This document shows, in pieces, positions 25,501-36,681 of a DNA stretch of 64,000 nucleotides. Origin of the DNA: Yuukianura sp. NJ FZ-2021 (taxonomy: Eukaryota); the NCBI GenBank assembly GCA_046563655.1, contig CM102289.1, positions 4,030,001 through 4,094,000 on the forward strand, written 5' to 3'. A model generated the notes under the pieces. It searched no databases. It saw nothing but the letters and a program-made list of their open reading frames with translations, and was not told the DNA's origin. Within the stretch, counting starts at the first letter, position 1; each line of letters opens with the position of its first letter. Both the position numbers and the translations under genes were made by a program.

Positions 25501-28500
25501 GAAAAGGCAGACGCTTGTAATGCTATTCCAAGGGAGTCGTCACATGAATCCTCATTACATCCCCTCCAAAAGCTCAGCCGCTGTGGCTCAAAAAATATAT
25601 ACAGCATGGATCAGCAGTACTATCTGCTGGTACCGCAGAAAGCGACTACCAGTGCTTCTTTCTACCAGTTTTTGCCGCGGCAGCGATATAAAAATATACA
25701 ACAGAAGCACAGGAAGGAAAGCACTTTCTCTTTGGTATGGATAAAGCCTTCTTCTGGCTTGTCTTCTGCCGCCCTCCTCGCCTGACTTGACTTTTAAATT
25801 CGGAGGGATTTCCCGCATCCTTTACTTTCTCCCGCCACTCTCACACTCTCATTCTCACTCGTCCTTCCGCCCCACTTCGGTGGGGCCTCCTGGTTAGAGT
25901 AGGTGGGCCTCCACAAGATTATTTTTATAACATTTAGATTGAGCAAAGGAAATTGGACTGGAACTTCAGCAGACCAGCAAGTAGGCAGTAGCGGTTTCCT
26001 TTATGGACTCGTATTGACACGAAATGAAGTCCAGCGGAGAGATAAGACGCGGCAATGGACTTTTTGTGGCTGTTTCTACTTGATTCTAAGGATTCTACGT
26101 CTGCTTCTGTTTACTTTCACTCTGTTCCCTGAGACGCTTCATGCTTTCTGCCCAAAGTCCTTACTTTTGCCACCAACACCAGACAAAGGGAATCCCGGGT
26201 ATCAAAAAGTTGGAGCCTTCGTCCTTGACTAAAAAAGAGAAAACTTTTCTCATTCGTCCTATCCCACTCCTTTTCCCAAATTGCATTCTGCAGTGTGTCG
26301 CATTCTCGTAAGTTGTACAAAGGCTAGTGTGTGAAACTGACTACTCAAGAACAGGGATCCATATGGTCGTCACGTTCTCGTCATTTGTGAAAACTAATAT
26401 TGAGAAAAGGGAAGTGGTGTCTGTCATTATTCGGTAATGAAACCCAGGGAAAGCTTTACTTTTCTGTACTGCACCATATTCCAATTCAACGTGGCCTCAC
26501 TAGCTTCATCAGCGAGCGCAAAAAGTCAGACATTTTCCCAGTAGAACACGCTACAAGATTACTTTCAGAAAACAAAAAAAGACATTGTGCTGTAGCAAAA
26601 AGATCTTGTCACATTCTTTACAATCATATGAATATACTCAGCTCCAGGGAGCTGCAGAGAACCATGGAAAAAACGGACAGACAAGAAAGTATAGTTGAAT
26701 TAGAAAGACTTAAAAAATATGAAAAAAAAGTCGAATCTCTTGCCAAAAAATGTAAGAATACTGGAAACCAAAAAGGATGGGCGGAGTCTTTACATTGTTT
26801 TCTGCATTTTTGGCCCTGTACTTAACTTTGAAATATGAGAATGGTCCACTCTTTGCGTCGACTTATAAGTCGACTTCCCTACTTCAATAAAATACAAAAG
26901 GAAATTGGGCTACTTCAGCAAAAAGAAGAAAGATATTCCAGCTAGAAGCTTTACAAAAAGATTCATATTCCAAAAGATCTTTTATCTCATTTAATTTTCT
27001 CAGAAGAAGTTTTCTGTGGGGGCAAAGTTCAAATGACATGGAAACAATACACTTCCTACTACAGTTCTAGTCCCAGACTGTCCAATTCCAGTTTTTTAGA
27101 AAGAACATACACCACCACCTACTACACTTTCTAACAAGTAAGTAGAATTCGCTTTGTAAAATATGGAGAAAGTGAAAATAAATCGAGTCTCTCATTAGAC
27201 ATGTGTCGCCTTGCTTTTCAAAGTAAACTTTTCCGGTTGTGCCAAGTCTGAGGGTAGCAATGGGAAAGTAGAAGAAAAAGTGAAAGTCTGCTTTCACTTT
27301 TTCTTCCACTTTTCCTCTCTTGTAAATTGGAGGAATGATGCTGGTCTTTGTAGGACGATGATTGCATTAGGGCGATTACATGGGATCTCATCACGTCAAC
27401 CATTTCTTGTAGCATACTACCATATATACCTAATATCACGTTCAGTTAGCCCATATCACCCAAATGTACGTGATGTGGCCTAGAGATACTGTCGGTGCGA
27501 CACCACTACTGGACGCGAACACGCTATTGGTATAAATGCAATTTGCTGGGATGGAATTTTGCAAAAGAGTCTAAAACAAAACTGGTGTATATAAAAGATT
27601 TCAAAACGAATTCGTTCAAACTTTAAAATTTAAATTTAAAATGTTTCATTTAAAAATCTCTGAGTAATTTTGAGTTCGTTTCAGCTGGACTAGCAGCATC
27701 CATTGGAACCAGTTTTTCAACGTTTTCATTTGAACCCACTGTACAAAAGTACTACACCTAAAGTTGACTAGGAACTGCGACAAGAGAGATATGATGTCAA
27801 AGCATTTCGTGTGAATCAACTTCTCAGAAGTTTGGCAAAGACGGAACACGAGCAGTACTTTTCCAAGGAACGGAATTTAATTACTTCCAAATTGCTTTAT
27901 AAATCAAAGTGTTTTCAACATGGAAGGAAATGCACTCGTGTCGCAAGTAACTTTCTGAATGATGCTTGACACCTTCGTGCTCCTTGACGAAGGATACTTG
28001 AATCTGACGTTAAGGGGATCCTAAAAGGTTGTCTTGGCACAGAAAGAAACTCATTTCAAAATGAATCAAGTTACAATGAACAAAACCGGGGAAGAATCTC
28101 GCAGGAACAAGACTAAACCGTCCTAATGAAACAACGTAAAAGTAAGAAAGTTATAAGTCACTGTCCTCAGGCTCTTGCGGAAGACCTGAAACCCCGTGAT
28201 AGGAACACTTTCATCATATTTCATGGCTCTGACATAATCAGTGTCAGAGCTCTTGCCTCTTGCCTTACAGTTTCTGACAGGTCACGACCGAAAGGTCGTG
28301 AACGTAGAAGTGAAGTGATTTGATGTTGAAGGGGTGCGGGTACAACATTAGTTTTGAATAGATCAAGAACTTACCACCATTTGATAGATGGCTTCTACAA
28401 TATTGTACATCTCATCCCGAGTTATGAATCCATCGTTGTCCACGTCATAGAGACGAAAGGCCCCTGAAAACAGGTTGAGACGGAGGTTAATCAAACCTAA

Positions 28501-29345
28501 TGCGACTCAACTTAATTTAAAAATTCCTTCTAGGGCATCCAACTCAACTTAATGCTTTTTGGTTAGGGTGAAGAAACCTAAAACACATTTATTGATTTTC
28601 TTTTGGCTAAAAGGAATCTTCATCCTACGAACACTTACAATGAAGTTTCTCATCCAAGTTCCCCCTCGACGTTATTGATAGAGCTCGAATGAATTCTTCA
28701 AATTCTATGGAACCATCCTAGAGAAAGGCAGAAGAGGAAAAGTGCTAAAAACAATTAGTCTTCAAAGCAAGCAGTTAATTGCAAAAGAAATGGAATTTTG
28801 TGGTAATGAAATAAAATTTAGTGAGTAGAAATTTTCTAAATTCCAGAAACTCACATTATTTTCATCAAAGACACGGAAAACAAGGGAGGCAAATTTTGTT
28901 GGATCTCCTTGTGGAAAAAATTGCTTGTAGATTTTTATAAAACCCTGAAATACAAAACTGAAATTTAGCAATTCCTTAAAATCAAAGATTTATGAAAATT
29001 TGTGGCTATTGGCGTGTAATTCACCTGTTCTGTGAGTTGACCATTAGGACAGTCCTTGAGAAATCCTTTATGCCTACAATGTTAATGAAAATCAATAATC
29101 AATTTCAAATTCCAATGAAAAATAAGCTCGACTGGAAGAGTCACGTGGTATGTCTAGTGTCCTACCATTGTCTAATTTCCTTTTCCGTGACTGAACAAGA
29201 AAGCATGGGGAAAAATACGTAAACAGAAACCTGTTAAGCACGTTAGTTTGTTACTAGTATGATCAAATGTTTTCCGCTTACAGTAAGTATCTGTTGTAAG
29301 GCGAGTAATCGTATCTTGTTTCAATTTTGAATTTTTCTTCCCCAT
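22587..29345 (-). CDS. NCS1: Frequenin / neuronal calcium sensor 1, 8 exons (29345-29282, 29190-29166, 29073-29025, 28944-28855, 28717-28639, 28463-28375, 25347-25204, 22610-22587)
   Basis: Spliced protein [41 protein letters not shown]...[14 protein letters not shown]...[13 protein letters not shown]...[33 protein letters not shown]; myristoylation site, EF hands, all GT-AG introns. Confidence 0.97.
22950..23490 (+). mobile_element. DINE-1/HINE-like repeat, copy 2 (last intron of frequenin)
   Basis: tgaacaactttt...tgaccttga.ctttgacccgg and (GACA)n shared with 21005-21272; internal duplication of an ccggaagt...acttccgg block. Confidence 0.5.
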
Positions 29346-30692
29346 AGAAGCTGAGCACGTAACGAAGTGGAGAAATCAGGTTTACGGTGATTCACTTTGA
29401 CGAAACGCTTGTTTGGGTTTACTGGAAAGTTGCTCTATTGCTTGCATAAAAGCGTCTGTACTGTTCCTGCTCCAATGAAAGTGGCGACTAACTTTCTCTC
29501 CTGTCTACACTTGGCTTTTGTGGAGAGGGTAGAAATCCTTGAGACTCCCTGAAGTGGTGCCATGTGAGAGTAGGACCAGAGGCACTGAGGTCACAAATGC
29601 AAAACGACTCCTATGTTCTGAGCAACAGATGCCGTCGTGAACGCGCATCTTCTTGTTTTCCACATTATCTGCAAATTCTAGTTTAGTTCAGAACGTCATT
29701 AAACTGTTGATCACCTCAAATAATGCTCCTACCGTCAATGGTAGTTGGTTGACCTTGAGGTCAATGGTTGAGGAGGGGAGTAATCATTAGCAGGGTTGTC
29801 AAAAATATGTGCTGAAAACGTCCGAAATATTGAGAAAATAATGTGTTCATAAAAAACGTTCCAAATATTTACTCCTTTAACATTAAGGGCATGGGCAAGT
29901 AAATAAATATTTACTAACAAAAAATCCCAACATCCCCTTTTGAAGTAGCCCTCATTTTTTAGATTTCATTGAGTAGACTTTATTGGAGTTGCTCTTTTGG
30001 TTTAGACCTGGAACCACTGGAATTTAAATAACATTGATGCTTATGAGGCAAGAATTGTTGCTTGTTCTTCAGTTAAATTATTCTAAAATTTTCCAAATCA
30101 TACACAAAGGAACCGCAAAAAAAAACATGCGTTGGAGTTAGGTCTGCTCATAATTCAGAGATTCATTGGAAATAAACAACGTGACTCTGGAAGTTTTTAA
30201 TATGAAGGCTTTACATCATTACATCTCAACAACAACAAAGTTCTCACGTAAAAGTGCCACTGACACAGAAAAAGAATGACGCGAGGACACAAATACTCAC
30301 GTCATCAATTGCATCCTAGAACTGAGACAGATGAGTTAGGTTAAAGATTAAACTCAGATTAGCTTCAAAACATCACTGTATTGTTTGAAAAAATTAGTCT
30401 ATGGTGATATGTAAAGCGTTCTAAGAAAGAGATTATTCTAGATTATAGCTAGTGAACGATTCCTGCAAATTTCTACGCTTTATGTTTACTTTTGGTTTCA
30501 TACAACTTTGTTTTTGTTTTGAATTCTTATGAGAATAGATTACGAGGAAACGTATCAAAATATTGACGTACTTGGAACTCATCATTGTCGTCACTACCTC
30601 TAAATGTTTTGAACAAATTCCTATAAAAAGCTGCTTATGCAATTTTGTGCCGGTAGTGTTCCTTCTTGCATTTTGAAGACATTTTAAGCACA

Positions 30693-32312
30693 ATGGCTTT
30701 ACTTTTGCCAATTGTAATTTTTTGGGTCGCTCTCGCCGGCCTTACTGTAATCTTCAAATTTTTCTCAAAAAATAAGCTACGGTTGAAGAATAACTTTTTG
30801 CCAAAAGAAAACCAAAGAAATGATCCAATCCGTGCTGAACAACCTTATATTTTACGTAAACGTGAATACGACGTTTATCAAGCAATCAAATATGGCGCTG
30901 GAATCAAATCCGCAGCATGGTTCGGTCATACCCTCATCCTCATTGATTCGGATTTGATCAAAGCAGTGAATCAAAAGGATTTCAGTTACTTCCAGGATCG
31001 TCATCCTCCATCCTATCATTCTGATCCAGCAATGAACAAAATGCTGAGTTTTGCAACTGGAGAAGAATGGAGGTCATTGAAGTCAATCTTAACACAAGCA
31101 TTCTCCACAAGTCGAATTCGTCGAGTCCATCAAGGATTGGAAGAATCTGCTTCGAAACTGGTTCAATTCATAAGAAATCAGTTGCACCAAACAGAAGATC
31201 GTGAACTAGAAATAGTCTCGTCATCAAACAAGTATCTGCTGGAATTGATTGCAACTTCAGTTTTCGGGTTAGAGGATACTGGAATTTTCACTGCAACTGA
31301 TTCTCCATTTGAAATTTACACAAAAGAAATTCAAAAAGCAATGATTCGGCATCGACAAGCCAGAAACGTTCCTGGACTTCTGACAATTGCTAAATGGTTT
31401 AATTTATTTCGGCCGGATCCTCAAGCGCTCCACTTTTTTGAAACTACAATTCAAAATTCTATCAGTAAAAGAAAAGAACGAGGTGAAAAGGGGGATGATC
31501 TCCTGCGACTTTTAATGGAAGCGACAGCCGACGACAATCACTCAAAAAAGAGCGGGCTGACGGAGGCGACATTGTTGCCTCAGGCATTGATGTTCTTTTT
31601 TGCAGGAACTGAAGGTCCAGCGACACTTCTGATTTATGGTTTGTATGAACTTGCTATGAACCAAGATGTACAACAAAAACTGTACGAGGAAATCGCTCCG
31701 GCATTTGAGTTGTCAAGTTCCTTGGACTTTGAGACTTTGACAAAGCTGCCTTACCTTGACATGTTTGTTTGTGAGGTGCTTAGAATGTATTCATCTTCAG
31801 TTACGGTAAGTTACAATAAAAATATTAAAAATTAAAACCGCATTGGACAACTGATTGTAATTTTGTGCTAAAATTTAAATTAATGTGACTTATATTATTC
31901 CTTACAGTCACGACGATGTGGAGCACGGTACAACTTGCCCGGCACGGGAATCACAGTTTCCCCAGGAACAAATGTTCACACCCCGATTTATGGAATTCAC
32001 CATGATCACGAATTTTACCCAAACCCATTTAAATTTAACCCAGAAAATTTTAGTGAAGAGGCTAAGCGTAACCGTCCATCGACAGCGTATATGCCCTTTG
32101 GAATTGGACCTCGAAGTTGCATTGCCCAAAAGTTTGGCCTTGTGCAGGGCAAATCAGCTCTTAGCCAAATAGTTTACAATTTCAAAATTACGCCTTGCAA
32201 AAGAACAGAAACTCCACCGAAAGGTTCCATTGAATCATTGTATCTTCCAGTCAATGGGCTTTGGTTCAAATTTGAAGACCGAAAAATCAATAATAACGAT
32301 ACAAAACGTTAA
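30693..32312 (+). CDS. Cytochrome P450, clan 3-like (CYP6/CYP9-like), exons 30693-31805 and 31908-32312
   Basis: N-terminal membrane anchor, WRSLK, I-helix FAGTEGP, EVLR (ExxR), PENF and heme motif PFGIGPRSCIA. The phase-0 GT-AG intron joins in frame. Confidence 0.95.
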
Positions 32313-32703
32313 CTATTCACTTGTTTCAGTTTAATTTTAAAATATACTACTAGTCTAAATCAATCAAATAATAAAATTTACCTTCCGAATGTTTTGTAAT
32401 TTCATTTTGCCTTTAACAAAAAGAAAAATGAAATGAAATGAAACAAAATGAAATCAATAGACCCAATATTGAGTTATAAAATTATCTTCGTGCCTTAGGT
32501 TAGTTATAAAGTGGTTAAAAATTAAACACGTCTAAAACTTCATTTTTTTTATAAACTTTTATTTATATTAATTTGTGGAGAACATCCGCTTCTATAATCA
32601 AATACATTGATATTCTGTACAATCAAAATGTGACACTAGTTAAGCTTACTGTATACGAACACGTATAATTTCTGTACTGAAGAAGCAATTCAGCAAATGA
32701 AAA

Positions 32704-35198
32704 TTACAGCTCCGGAACGCATACTAATTCATGTTTTAAATACTCATAGTCATCATTCAAGCATTGCTGTGAGCAGTAGGAACAGCGTCCGCATTTGTGA
32801 CATTTCACTATGGCTGGTTTTTTGCCACATAAACGACATCTAGACATTTCTCGTAGTTCAGGATGGAAAAATAGTTGTTTTTCTGGTGCTATTACTTGAA
32901 GCATGGGAAACACTTCTCCTTTGCACATACGAAGATGCGGATTAACAATACTAACGACGCAACCAAAGCCTAACACATTTTGAATCCATCTTCTATTTAC
33001 CGGCAAATTGAATACTGTTAACCTATGAACATTTCCTTTCTGATCTTCGACTAGCAATGGAACTCCAACACAACCAGTAATTGCATCTTCAATAATCGTT
33101 ACCCTAAGAACGACTCCCTCATAGGTGTGATTCTCAGTAGCTGTCATTTCGTCAAGAAAAATGGGTTTAAAAGCAAACAAGTCTGTATAATTGGAACAAA
33201 GTTGGATGAGCGTTTGATCATCAACAACCACCTGAACCGTGGCGCCAAGCTTTACTTTCTCCCATGTTTCTGACAAAACTGTACGATGTCGAAGAATCAA
33301 AATTTTTCGAAAGCCGGCACTGGAACCCTTTGGTACGGGAGGTAGCCAAGTATTTTGACGATGCAACTCTAAAATTTCGTCGGAACACACCAATCTATTC
33401 AGTCTTCCTGTTTTGACTTCATTCTTCACCATTTCTCTGAAGTTTTCAGGGTCGAACGTCGAAGCTTGGCTCGTCCCAAGAACATCTAGAAATGCACATC
33501 TTTCCATTTCCATGGTTTCACTTTTCTGAGAAACAGCGAAATCGAACCAATTCCATGCCTTTTCATTGTCATGTTCACAAACATAATGATGTGCTAAGTG
33601 CTCAGTGCATGACACACATCCATAGTATGCCCCTATTTTCCAAAGGTCAATGGCCATGCTCCAATCAGTTGGTACTCCATCTCCTTTCCTGTACATAATT
33701 GCCAAGTGATCGCAGGAAATGCCTAGTCCATGTGTGATAGCAGCTTCGTAGAACTTGACCGCATTGGTAGAATTTTTTGGAATGCCGACTCCCATGTTGT
33801 GCCAAACCCCAAGGTAATGTTCTGCATCTGCTTTTCCGGAATTAAGGAAACGTCCCCATTCCAAGCTCAACACAAGTTCTTGCGCAGCAGCTTCCTCCAA
33901 AAGTCGAACAGCTTCAATAGCATTTGCCTTCACACCAATTCCCTCCATAGTTTGGCGACCCACATAATATAACCCGTAAGCCGCGCCTTGCCCAGCTAGA
34001 TGTTGGGATAGTCGGATGCCTTGTTCCTCCGTAAATTCTTGGCTTGGCGCTTCACGTCTCGCCTTGTCATAGAATTCTCGTTGCACAATTGTGTGCTTCA
34101 CGCGTCCTATGCATAACTCGATCTGATTATTTTGTGGCTCATAACTGAGGGCTGTTTCATAATGCTTTAATGCCTTTTTGAACTGTGACAGATCTTCATA
34201 GGCTTTGGCCAATCTGTAAAAACCTTTCGAAGAAGGATGATACATCACTGACAATTTGGCGTTAGATTTTGACGCTCTGAACTCATTTAACTTTGAGTAA
34301 CATGCTGAACGATTTGAATATAGCTTCGCTAGATCTTCTAATGAGCGCAGGCCGGGCAATTCGATTGCTTCCGTGTACATGGAGATGGCTTTCTCATACT
34401 TGCCTTCTTTATAGAGTAGATTACCGGAATCTTTCAACGTTTCAGATAATGGCCTGTTTTCATCAACGGTTCGATTTGAACTGCAAAATTCACACAACAA
34501 ACGTTTGTACGGTCAATACTATAATATTCTCTAGCACATTGCCATATTTTTAAAACACATCACGACCTTCGATTACGAGCCAGAAAAATTGCAGTTGATT
34601 TTATAGTATCCTATTACTACGAAAATATGCAAATAACTGACCTTTGAATGTTTACGCTTTGAACATTAGGCATTTGATCAACAATACGTAAAACGGTTTT
34701 CTCATCCAAATTCTCAGCTGGAACTCCAAATTTAGTAAGGATCCTGACAATCTTTTTCCATTTTTCCAAAAATTCCGTATCGGGCATATCTTCACTTCCA
34801 ATGTGGGCTAACTGATTTCGCTCGTCCTTCAAAGCGTCTAAATCTTTTGTGTCCACGAGTGCTGTCAAGTTTGAGGATTTTAACCGAAGATGCTTAACTA
34901 CTTGAACTAGAAGTGACAAATCCCACTTCTCCAACTTCCCAGAAATTATCATACCGCGCTGGATTTGCCTGTCAGGACTGTGCAGCCGTAAAGTGTGTCC
35001 ATACTTGTTGAGCATGTAACGCCCGTCCAAGTCATTATTTTGCCACGGTGATCCTTTGGTCTCTTTAATCAACTTTTTAAACATTCCGCGAAGACACTCT
35101 GATCCTTCACCATTCACAAGAAAACCCAACTTCGTAAAATTTGGCAATTTCACAAAATAACAATCAGCTTTTCCATGAGCGTCAGATGCGTTACTCAT
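32704..35198 (-). CDS. DZIP3-like HEPN - TPR - Sel1 - OB-like - zf-MYND protein, copy A (exons 35198-34642, 34480-32704)
   Basis: Exon 1 has WDLSLL and KDERNQLAH (RxxxxH). A phase-2 intron joins it to TPRs (LKDSGN..Y..AI..Y..AI), Sel1 repeats (G.GV..D...A), a beta-rich segment and MYND (CRLC..CHKC..YCSQQC..H..VC). Confidence 0.85.
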
Positions 35199-36117
35199 TT
35201 TCTTATTCTGTTTATAACTTGCTTTTGGATATAACGTAACAACTTTATAAAATTTCAAGCTATAACGAGACAACTTTTCACTCCCACTAAGCATGAAAAT
35301 AATGTCCGTTTGATCTCAATCTCAATTTCCTTTTAAATAAACTTTTAAGTAAAAGATTTGGGATGAGATAAATATATGACGCTAAGATAACAAGGGTTCA
35401 TGTAAACAGATAATAACGAAACTTGATTAAAACGAAATTCATTTTTGCAACCAAGCACGTAAACGATATAGGCAGTCAAAAATTAAAAGCTGTGAGTATT
35501 CTAAATGCGTACTAGAATATCTATAATGCGCACACAAAGCAAAATAGTAGATTAGTTAAGTACAGTATTATAGTGATTTCATAGTGTAGACGCGATGAAG
35601 TATAGACTAGATATTAAATTATTTAATTGGCTAGAATAGGCTTTATTGTGTACCTCTATCTACCTTATCTGCTTGTAAAACTACTTGTGTGGCTACAATT
35701 AACACTAAACTAGCATTGAAACATTTACTTTGAATAAATCAAAAATATGATTTAAAAAACAGTGAAACTAGAGGCTAGATTTTTAAGTCAATCCAGTCTA
35801 GTCAACTTTGTAATGCTCGCGTATCCTACATTCTAACATTCATTAAACATTTCTTTTTACAGTGCTGGTTACTTAATAAGTAAAAAACTAAATAATCAAA
35901 AGTCAGTAAATAAAACTCTGTATAGCGAAATAACCATTGGATAACATGAACAAAAAATCCGATTTAACCTGTATTTACTTTGCCTTTATTCTTACTATTT
36001 GAGCAACATCACTTTGTTCGTCATCATCAAAGCCATCTTATGTTTTCAATCATAACCAAACATTAGTTGGTTTGTAGGCAGGTACTGGCAACGGGTTCCA
36101 TCTAATTTGGCCAAATG

Positions 36118-36498
36118 CAGTGTTCCGTAAAAAGCGCTTGTTTTGTAAAGTCGATGCGTTGCGTTTTACTGTAATACCTTTTTTTTGCTGTTTTTGCTTT
36201 TTATGCATTCGAAGCAAAAAGTTGCTTTGAATGCCGCTGCAAGAAATGCGGCCGAAATCAACTAACTTAGAGTTAACAATTTTTACGTAAAAATAATCTT
36301 AAAATCGTTCAACAACGTAACTAAAGTTGGCTAATGACCGTTTTACATTAGGAAACGTGGATTTTGTTTTAAAAAAGTAAATTACTTGATCCTTCAAAAA
36401 CAGCAACTTATTAAAAACAGCAAGCGTAAAAATCACAGCATACTTCTTTTACTTTTAAAGCAAAAACAGCATCTGCTTTAAGACAGCTCGGTACACTG
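36118..36498. mobile_element. MITE-like family B (CAGTG...CACTG)
   Basis: Short inverted termini cagtgttccg / cggtacactg; homolog at 6670-6996. Confidence 0.65.
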
Positions 36499-36681
36499 CG
36501 AAAAAATGAAATAACCAAAATTGAAATGACCAGAAAAATGCCAAAAAGAAAATGAAAATCAGGTACTGAAGTTATAAGGTCTTTTGAATCCTGGCCTACT
36601 CATTTTTGGTCAATTCAATTTTGGTCAATGTTTTTTCTGCGATTTCACATGCTACGTACGCAGTTTTGTCAAATAAATATT

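Noticed and set aside
25869..25886. GCCCCAC-TTCG-GTGGGGC tetraloop hairpin
   Set aside because: Only 7 bp, and the UUCG loop is on the strand opposite the frequenin transcript; compatible with chance.
25400..28330. ORFs inside frequenin intron 6
   Set aside because: Overlapping in several frames with no recognisable homology; treated as spurious.
7120..32312. Terpene synthase plus P450 as a biosynthetic gene cluster
   Set aside because: About 22 kb apart and separated by frequenin and another gene; no sequence evidence of functional linkage.
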